Assembly: GCA_043228905.1 (NCBI GenBank)
Contig: JBHGNT010000001.1
Location: forward strand, 35,960,001 to 36,024,000
Source: Azolla caroliniana
Taxonomy: Eukaryota > Plantae > Polypodiophyta
Direction of reading: 5' to 3'
DNA length: 64,000 nt
The notes beneath the pieces are model-generated. The model was not told the origin of the DNA, did no database searches, and was given only the letters and a program-made list of their open reading frames with translations. A program made the translations under genes and the position numbers. Position 1 is the stretch's first letter; each line of letters opens with the position of its first letter. Of this stretch, positions 54,805 to 64,000 are shown piece after piece.

Positions 54805-57800
54805 CTTTCTTTTTTCCAAAATGAAGCTACTTTCCCATTAGTTAGGAAGGATTATTACAAAAAGACTGTACACGGGGCTTATATACAAATCGGGAAATCT
54901 CCCTCCGAACAAGTACAAGAAAATGAGATTAGTTACTTAGCATAACGGGTTGACTACTCAATATAAGCAGATACCTATAGCTAAAAATGGTGCCCGTCAA
55001 TTTTGGCTAGTACGAGACACCTCCTAGGGCCTACACCGCAGGGAGGGCGGCAAGTGACTCGGAAACAGCCAGCGTGGGGGCTGGTAGTTCCACCTAGGAC
55101 CACTTCCTCCTTGTGTCACCATAGGCGTGTTCCGCCATTTTTGCCAAAAGCGCAAACAGGCAGTGACCACATCGTTGGAATGGCTGCAAACCTCGTCCAA
55201 CTGCCCTTGTAGGCAGCTGATAAGAGCAAACCATATGTCCATGATCACTTCCTCTGGGGGTCGCACCAGATCCTGAAAAACCTTCAGGCAACACACTTTC
55301 CATATATACCACATGGTGAAGCCTGCGATCAACATCCAAATTTCCAAGAACCTAGGGGATGCGGACTGCAAGCCTCTTCCATAACGAATATTGGCGATTT
55401 TGCCTCCAATGCATACATAGCACCAACTATCCACATTGAAGGCGTTCGTCCACCTATCGTCGGAGTGATCAATCCATGCCGCAGTACTCCACGATGCGGT
55501 TCCTTCCACTTCACAAGCCACAAGGAGGCGAGTCACTCTATCCCATACCTTTTGAGCTTGAGAGCAATCCCATAGACAGTAACTCAGAGTCTCAATAGGT
55601 GAAGGGCAGAGTGGGCAGCCTAACGGGCCACCACGTTTACCTAACCATTCGCCAATGGGAACCACATTATGACTAATCTGCCACCAAAAAAACTTGATCT
55701 TTTCAGGCATGTGGAGACACCAGAGACCTTTCCAAAAAGTAATGAGCACCTCATCAGGGATGCCCAATGTATGCCAGCCATTGCGTAAGGGGCCATCTAG
55801 CTGCAATTGTAAAGTCTGACCCAATTTAGTGTTGTACTCGAAGAAATGGCGAAGTCTGCCATCCTGTTTCCACCTGAAATCCACTGGGTCCTATTCTAGC
55901 TTGATGAGGGGACAACCACCATATACCCATAACTTCCAATGGGGTTCCACCTTAGCAACATCCGGGTCTGTTTTCCAGATGTTACCAACCTGCACCACCA
56001 CGTGGATTGGGTGCCAAGAGCCCCTACTCTGCCTTTCCCCAAAAATTGTATCTCGTCCCGATCCACTCACACCCTTCAGCAACTTAACCACACCAGTCTC
56101 ATCAAAGAGACCGAACCATGTATCTTCTCTCACCTCCCCCATTGAGACCCTATCAAGTGCCTCAGCTATCAACCTCCGCATTTTCATGGCTCCCTTGAGG
56201 GGAGGGAAAGGGACCTCCTGGTCCCCTCCTGAAGCCACCGTGCGTCTCCAATCATCTATAGAGAGGAGCCCTGTTTGCGCCAACTTTCCCCAGGCTAGGC
56301 CCTTAAGCTGCCCTAACATCATGTCACCACTTGACCGCACTTGAGGGTTCCAAAATAATGGTTGTCTAACCCACTCGACTAGTGTCTCTAGCGTGTGCTT
56401 GACCAAATGACGTCTTACGTGACACCATGCCCGCAAGATGGAGTTCGTGACCCGCTCCTCCGGTTGACAAGCCAACGTGGGAGGGACTCCACTCGTGCAA
56501 CACCAATTCAAGGAATCCGGCCAAGGCCTACCATACTTGGGCGTCCCTGCTTGCAGCCTATTGCGAAGTAGTACCTTCCAGCACCCCTTACCTGGCAAGA
56601 GGCATCGAACCACCATTTTGGCTAGCAATGCTCGGCTCTGCATTAAGGGGTCTATGAGGCCAAGCCCCCCTTTGGCCCGCGGTTGTGTTAACCAATGCCA
56701 TGACACTCTGGCGGCAACAAACGGGTTTTCCTTACCTGACCATATAAACCCCCTGATGGCAGCCTTAATCGCGCGCAAACTTGAGGGGTCCATAATCCAG
56801 CAAGAGACTGAGTGCCACATGGTGGCGAGCAACACTTGGTTCGCAATAAGAACCCTACCAGCGAAGGAAAGTTTAGATCTGCTCCATTGGATCAGCTTCT
56901 TGCTTATTTTGGTTTGCACATGTGACAATTGCACTCCCTTGGGGATTGCCCTCCCCATCGTAAATCCTAGGTATTTGAATGTCGTCCCATCAGGGACCCA
57001 AGCAAAATCAGCGTGGGGTTGCCACCCTGGCTTCTCTTGTTCGCTGAACCAGAGGCCTTGGGTTTTATCCCAATTGATCTTGGCTCCAGCAGCCTGACAA
57101 AGGTCCTCAACAAGATGTTCAACCCGCTAAAGATTCGTGTCATCGCCCTGCAAGAAAAGGACCGTATCGTCGGCATATTCAGATAGCAACAGATCTTCAG
57201 ACGCATTGGGGATGGACAATCCCCTCAATCCGTTGCTTGGTGCTTGTAAATAAGCAGAGAAAGCCTTAGTGACAAATAGGTAGAGATATGGAGCTAGGGG
57301 ACAGCCTTGCCTCACTGAGCGATGTAGTTGGAAGGCAGGGCCCCTAGCACCAGCTACCAACACGCTACTAGAAGCATTCCGATAGAGTGCAGAAGTGCAA
57401 TTCCTCCATTGTTGGGGTAGGCCCATAGCGCTCATCACTCTTTCCAAAAACGGCCATAATACCCTGTCGTAGGCCTTCTCAAAGTCTAACAGCAGAATAG
57501 CCGAGCTCGATACGGCACGATCTGCTAATGCCATAACTTCCCAGAGAAGAAATACATTATCAGAGATACACCTACCCTTGATAAACCCAGTTTGATTCTC
57601 GTGAATGATGTCCGGTAAGAAGCTTGCTATCCGCCTAGCTAAGACTTTTGCAAGTATCTTGTATATCGTGTTAAGGATCGTGATTGAACGCCATTGGCGC
57701 AGCTCTAGGCTTCGCCCTACCGCTTTAGGGATGAGATAGATCATCCCCTTAGCCATGCTAGATGGCACCGTTCCCGAGGCCCAAATCTCCTGAACCCCGG

Positions 57801-58889
57801 CTTCCAATGACGGGATAACAGTGTCCCAATGAATCTCAAAAAAATCTCGTGAGAGACCATCGGGGCCGAGGCATGCTCCTCTCCGCAATTCCCTAAGTGC
57901 TTCCGAGAGTTCTAATCGAGAAATGGGGTTGTCGAGCACAACTTCCATCTCGTGGGTTACCTTGGGGTGAATGCAAGCCAACACCCTCTCAGCCAGCTCC
58001 ATGTTTTGTTGCATATGCACAGGTGCAAGCAGGTCGCAATAGTATTCTGTCGCCATATGCAAAATCTCATCCTTGTCCTCCGTTATTGAACCATCTGGTT
58101 TGCGAAGCCCTTGTATATGTCCACCTCCACCCTTGGGTGCCCTGTAGTGAAAGAAATGGCGGTTGACCTTGTCATCTTTTCTAGCCCACCATGCTGCGGT
58201 CCTTCGAAACAGCATGCGGTTCTTCTCCAACATCCTTTCCCGCAACTTTATCTTTGCTTCCTCCAACTTGGCTCTAGACCAATTGCAACTAGGGTCTGCT
58301 TGCAGCAGTCGTTGCGCGGCCGCAACGGATTTCCGTAATTTTGTTTCAATGGCTCTAGCCTGCTAAAGGGCCAGCTTGGTTTCTTGTTGTAAAAAGGAGG
58401 AGGAGAGGGTCAATTTTTTCTGCAGATCCTCACTAGCCGATTCACTTACAATGGTCTCCCACCATATACTTTGCAACCCTGCCTTCACCTTTGCACTCTT
58501 CATGATCTTGGTAGGGATTTTCACATTGAGACTCCCCTTGCTGCCACGGGGTGGGTTAAGGTCTAATCTCATCGGCTGGTGATCAGAGAAGGTGAGACCT
58601 GCCAAGATGGCAAAGGAGCCCCCCAACTCTTCGAGGGACGAGCTGATGTATATGCAGTCTAGCCGTGCAAGACTACCACCCCTAGCATTCGCGACAGCTC
58701 GGGAGAAGTGAAACGAATGTGAGCATCTTCTAAGGGAGGAGCCCCATGTATCCTTCACCCCAATTTTGCCGATTAGGAAAGCCCACGAGTCCAACTCCGC
58801 ACCATGAAGCGGTCTTTGGGTCCCCCGTTTCCTATCCCCCAGGTGCTCCCCCAGGTGCCCACCATGAGGCGTGGATAATGGCTGGTGAT
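54805..58889 (-). mobile_element. L1-like LINE (APE-RT-zf-RVT ORF2, 5'-truncated, with TSD and 5' micro-inversion)
   Basis: Minus-strand ORFs contain ARLDCIY...SDHQP (endonuclease); GPDGL, QTGFIKGR, LDFEKAYDRV, RSVRQGCPLAP and EYADDT (RT); and CPLC...ET..CLWDC (zf-RVT). An A-rich tail lies at 54805-54815. The target-site duplication is tacaacatct(c)attt at 54791-54804 and 58890-58904. Confidence 0.93.
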
Positions 58890-60394
58890 TACAACATCTC
58901 ATTTTACAGAGCTCCACTCATTTGTGAACTATCCAAAGATAGGCATAACCCAAAGATCTGACCAATAATTGGTAGGAGCTAGGGTTGCTTTACAACATAG
59001 ACATTCACAAACATGTGCTTTTCAATTTCAACTGAAGGATCAGAACATTGCACTTCTTTGTTTCATTTGTTGACCCACCTAATACCCCAGTTGAGAGGAT
59101 TGAAATTGTTCTTTTTTTAAGTCAAGAGGTATGAATACCGTTTTAACCTGTATGTCCAGCTAATCCTCAATCTTCTTTGTATTAGCCCCATCAAGTCAAC
59201 TCTTTTCAAGCACACAATGAATTAAAAAACTACATTATTTTTTTGAATCCTCCAAAAGATTCCCTTTTACTTTTGGCCCTATACGTCATACTTAACCATC
59301 GAGGACAATATTAAATTTGGCTTTCAATTATGTATACGCTAAAATAAGCAACACATATAGGGTCTCAATACCTCCTTTTTCGCTCCAACCAACCATGTGA
59401 ATGGTATCAAGCTTCTTAAATAGTGATGGCAGACAGCAATGTGAAATATTTCACCAAAAAGCCCGACTACTCATGGATACAAAGATTCAGCAATCATGCG
59501 ACATTAGTTTGATTTTAAGGACTCAATTCCTGATACAAAATGATTTTCACATCCCCTTACTTTAAAAAAAGAATATCAATAAAGCTTCCAATCAACTGTT
59601 GTAATTCCAACAAGGTGTTGTCTATAAAACATTCTATGGCTTACTTTCCTAGGGCTTAAGGATGTAGTGTGTATTTACATATAATAAGAAATCACTATGA
59701 TAGAATGGTACATTTGAGTTAAAGATGGGAGTTGTCGAAGACATGAAATGGCTTCCTCGAAGAATATCAATAAGGAATGAGATGTCATTTATCCATTCCG
59801 ATTGTTACATGTACATGGTAAATTGTGAAATGGCAAGAAAGACAAGATGAATATAGGTACACGCCACTCCTAGATCATATTTAAATGATTTGTCAATCCT
59901 TAATATCCACACAAGGGATACAATCATTTACCTGCAATCATCCAAACATGAACAGTGGTAAGAACGAATGTGAGAGTGATCAGGACTCATTACCAATATT
60001 CCAAAAACACCTAGTAACAAAAACTCAAGACGCATGCACCATTCTTTGGTGTTTTAATTGAGATAAACAAGGCACTTATGCTCATCAATCAATATATTTA
60101 TATTTCAATACATCAACCTTAAGAGGTCCAACAAAAGGAAATTAGTAGATAGTGAGCACTTGGAGCTCATAACATTAGGCAAACTGGGTTATGCACCATT
60201 GGCAACATTTTGTGAAAATAAAAAATATACCCCTTGATAGTATTCTCAGAGTTAATTCAGTTAACATGCTACTAAAAGGGAAAGAATAATAACCATGGAA
60301 CTAAAATAACTCCACCAAACAATACAGACCAAAGAAACAACTCTGATCACCCCTAAATATAAGCAGCATTTACTATATAAGTAAACAAATAAGG

Positions 60395-60561
60395 CAGTCA
60401 TCAAGTAAACAAATAAGGTTTGAATGCAGTGCACTAGTTCAGTAAACAAATATCCAGAAGTAGAAGAATTGTAGTTAAAAACATTTCACGGCGTACATTG
60501 CATCACCATGCTACTGAACTAGTGCACTGCATTCAAACCTTATTTGTTTACTTGATGACTG
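60395..60561. repeat. Perfect 50-bp inverted repeat with 67-nt spacer (hairpin)
   Basis: 60395-60444 (cagtcatcaagtaaacaaataaggtttgaatgcagtgcactagttcagta) is the exact reverse complement of 60512-60561. Confidence 0.92.
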
Positions 60562-60643
60562 TGGAATCATGACCACCTGGTCTCCACCAGAAAATCTTAC
60601 CAGCTCAGCTACATCCATTTGAAAAAGCACAGGCCAAGGATCA

Positions 60644-60807
60644 GGTTATGCAACCATATGGGACCAAGTCTATTCAACTTACAAGTTAGAGCTGTAGTGG
60701 TTACGCAACCATGTGGTAGCAAGTCTATTCAACTTGCAAGTTAGAGCTGTAGTGGTTATGCAACCATATGCAACCAAGTCTATTCAGCTTGCAAGTTGGA
60801 GCTGTAT
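60644..60807. repeat. ~55-bp tandem repeat x3
   Basis: ggtta(t/c)gcaaccat.tg...caagtctattca(a/g)ctt(a/g)caagtt(a/g)gagctgta is repeated three times. Confidence 0.88.
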
Positions 60808-62061
60808 AGGTTTCATGTGAAAGGCAGGAGAAGATGCAAAGGAGGTCAAATCCCACAGGATGACATACTCTTCATGAAACATGGAAGACTGCTTTATGAC
60901 GTACCCCTTACATTGACAGTGACACTTTATATATGCTCCAAAGTGCTAAAACAGGCTAACTGGGACACATATATTGCTAAATCAGATAATAGAACAACCT
61001 TTTCCTCGAGATTGGCAAGATATCTGGACTAGACCTTATATAATGGCGGGAATAGAAATCAGCTCACAAACTATGGCATGATTATAGTGGGATCTTGAAT
61101 GGTTGAAATTTTCGTCAGTACCACTGGACATCAACTTAGCAAATGGGTTGAGAAACACAGCAAGGTAACTGTGGGACATGTAACAGGTTTTCGACCCAAA
61201 TTGGCACTATTGTTCATATCATTTCTCAGGGGGTCATAATGGAGAAGACGGCTAATTTTTTCTGCTCATTGGAAGAAGTCTTTTCAGACAATCTGAAGGC
61301 TAAAGTTATGGGAGGGATAGGAAAGCTTAAAACGTTTACATCAAGTAAGATGCAGGCTGAAGAATGACAAAGGCTTTTCAAGAAGTGAAACAAGGATGCC
61401 CTTTATTGCCTACTATATTTGGTTTGTGTATTGACCAAGTAAAGGAGTTCACCCAAGTACCCATAATTCCTGTACAAACCAGAGAACACCAATAGATTTA
61501 TATTCCTTTCCAAGACTTTTAAAGTACAGATATTACCTCAAAATCACTTCCGCAAGGCTGCACAGAAAATCGGATGCTTATCAGAAAGAGTGAACGATGT
61601 ACTAACGTCTAAGAGGCCAAAATGGCCGGCCTATAAGTCCAAACTAGAGATTACATCTTAACATGTCATCGTCTTTGAGAACAAACCAAAATAAACATAA
61701 CTACATAAAAAAGCAAATAGAAATAGAATAAGATGTGACTAACAAGTGTCGCATCTCTACATGTAAGAATCTCAAGTCAGATATATTGTAATTCTTGCCT
61801 TCAAAAGGTCTCTCGCATAGGTCAATCCAGAATGGAGAGGTTGTCAAAAGAGAGGGAAGCACCTACAATGATGGGAGATAATGAACTTGTATATGTCGAT
61901 GACAAGGGTGGTAAGGTTGTGGTCCGCAAGGCCCAAGCTATTTAGAGATCCCATTTGTGTAGCCCTTGATTGACTTGTAGCATGAGTAGGAGTAATGGGG
62001 CTAATGAAAGTTGTGATTGTTCTTTGTTGATGAGCATGTGTGGTTGTAATATTGTCCTTCA

Positions 62062-62440
62062 ACAACTTCTCCTTGTGTCTCTTGAGTTATCGCAAGAAAA
62101 GTCCCAGGCATCATTGGTTCTCATATTCCATTACCTTGCATAGTGGGCCAAAGCGTTTTTTAAAGAGGCAATTGCACAAAGTACAACCACACAAGCTCAT
62201 CAACAATGAACAATCACAACTTCTCCTTGTGTCTCTTGAGTTCTCGCAAGAAACGCCCCGAGTATCATTGGTCCTCATATTCCACTACCTTGCGTAGTGG
62301 GCCAAACCGTTTCTTAAAGAGGCAATTGCATCTCCTTCTTATTTCATAAAAACAATACGATGAGAAACATAGAGTTCAGATTGCATCTCCTTCTTATTTC
62401 ATAAAAACAATACGATGAGAAACATAGAGTTCAGATTGCA
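62062..62440. repeat. Local duplications: ~115-bp diverged direct repeat (62062-62176 / 62216-62330) plus perfect 55-bp tandem (62325-62440)
   Basis: acaacttctccttgtgtctcttgagtt...aaagaggcaattgca occurs twice, and attgcatctccttcttatttcataaaaacaatacgatgagaaacatagagttcag occurs twice. Confidence 0.88.
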
Positions 62441-64000
62441 CTCCTTGATGACAATTGGCAGGTTCTTTCTTCTGCAGGTATTTGTGCATATCTGCCTACC
62501 TTGATATCTAGCTGAAGGTTATTTTGTTTTCCAAGTTGATAATATCAGTTCGGATCATTCTATTTATTTTCTAGAGGGAGGCTGCAAAACCAACTTTTCT
62601 TTCATTCAGCTGGCTTGGCCCAAGATATCTGAAAATGGTTTGCAGGATGGCACATTGAAGAACATCTAGAGATTCATGCAGAGGAAAAGAAAGGGATGGA
62701 AGAACACAACTCAATGTTTTCACTTGGCCGAAGATTCTTAACGAGGATGGAGCCATTGAAGATGGAGCTCAGCTGCTCTTTGCTCCACTTGGGCACAAAC
62801 CAAACTAGCTACGTTTTACATTTCCTTTTGGTTCTACCATTTAAAAATCCCCCCACTATACAGCTGGCAAGAGCACTTGAGCACAAACCAAACTAGCTAA
62901 GTTTTTCATTTCAGCTTTGACATTTCCTTTTGATTCTAATTATTATTGATCTCATGGGTCAAATTGTCCCTTTTTTGAAGTTAAGATAGCATGAGCATCA
63001 ACTATTGTAGCACAACCACAAACTGACATAGATACATCACATTCTCTAACAGAGGTTTCATATGTTGGAAGGATCAAATTCATGACCTATTTGCCCATAT
63101 CACTATTGAAATCTTTATATCATAGGCAACAAAGTCTTTTGACATTACATTTCTAAATTGCTAAATTCGAATCTTAATATGCATTGACAGAACTATACCC
63201 AATAATTCTCATTTCCAAATAGGTGTTGACCACAACTCCCTATCACAGTTCCTCATCCATCAATATGAAAATCAAATTATCCGGAATTGAATCAAAGCCT
63301 CATGGTTACTTTGTCAGACATGTACAGCATAGTAATTAAGCCCATTACATATACCTAATAGAAAATCTTATGTCGATTAACCTAGTCATGACTCATACAA
63401 CTTGCATACATCCTGGCTCATGTGATCCTTTCAAAGGATTCCAGAAGTTCTTAGACATATCATGAGATTGATCTATTTAAAGAAATATTTCTATGCATAT
63501 GCAAAGTCTATTATGGCCTTTCCTAGAATGACAATGCAAAAGACCTGGATGGTGTTCCATCATCCCCATTCAGCTATCTTCTTAAGTCTGCCCTAAACAG
63601 AAGACACTCACTCATTCAAATCCAGCTCCTGTGTCAAATTCTAGTTGTCAAGATAAAATAATCGAAGTTTTTATAGGAAACTTAAATCTGGATCCTTTTA
63701 AAATTGATTTGGCCTTTCTATTGAGAATGTAGAACTAAAATAGATCAGCATAATTATTATGCTATCCTGAATAGCATGATTGGCAAGCAACACACCAATC
63801 GTACATGACTAAATTTGCATATAAAAATCTGAAAGTAGATTATGGAAATCAAGCTTTATCCTCTTGCATACCAAATGTGATTCTGTCATTCAAGCAATTT
63901 CCTCATAATAATTGGAGGTGCTGCTAAAATACTCGAACGCCACTTGACTCCTGATTATCCCACAATCTGTGTACATTCATGTGAGCATACAACTTGTGGA

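Noticed and set aside
60644-60807. Regularly spaced repeats superficially like a CRISPR array (also 3530-3929 and 37852-37950)
   Set aside because: The units are contiguous tandem copies without unique spacers, the context is eukaryotic, and there are no cas genes.
62900-64000. Possible decayed transposase or retroelement coding relic
   Set aside because: No motif could be assigned with confidence by eye.

Overview
This is eukaryotic (land-plant) nuclear DNA, not prokaryotic. It has spliced GT-AG genes, long microsatellites and many decayed retroelements. The retroelement protease and LINE types suggest a non-seed plant such as a fern, but that is only an inference. Genes: a small L-type (legume) lectin receptor-like kinase cluster (intact intronless copies at 5992-8115 + and 31644-33707 -, plus a deleted and frameshifted third copy at 13933-15110 fused directly to a truncated Ty3/gypsy element); a 3-exon aldo-keto reductase (-); a 2-exon type II membrane/coiled-coil/acidic protein of unknown function (+); and a full-size ABCG/PDR transporter of about 23 exons (-). 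Mobile DNA includes four L1-like LINE copies, gypsy relics and an AAACC-rich MITE-like element. The most unusual observations are: (1) two diverged LINE copies arranged head-to-tail, each bounded on both sides by (GA)n, suggesting a microsatellite-targeting LINE family whose RT motif is L-A/V-D-D; (2) a LINE with a clear twin-priming signature (5' micro-inversion plus a target-site duplication that overlaps the internal priming site); (3) a nested multi-hairpin fold-back structure at 53.75-54.23 kb and a perfect 50-bp hairpin at 60.4 kb; (4) a Lys-to-Arg change in the Walker A motif of the PDR transporter's NBD1. All alignments were done by eye; no database search was run.
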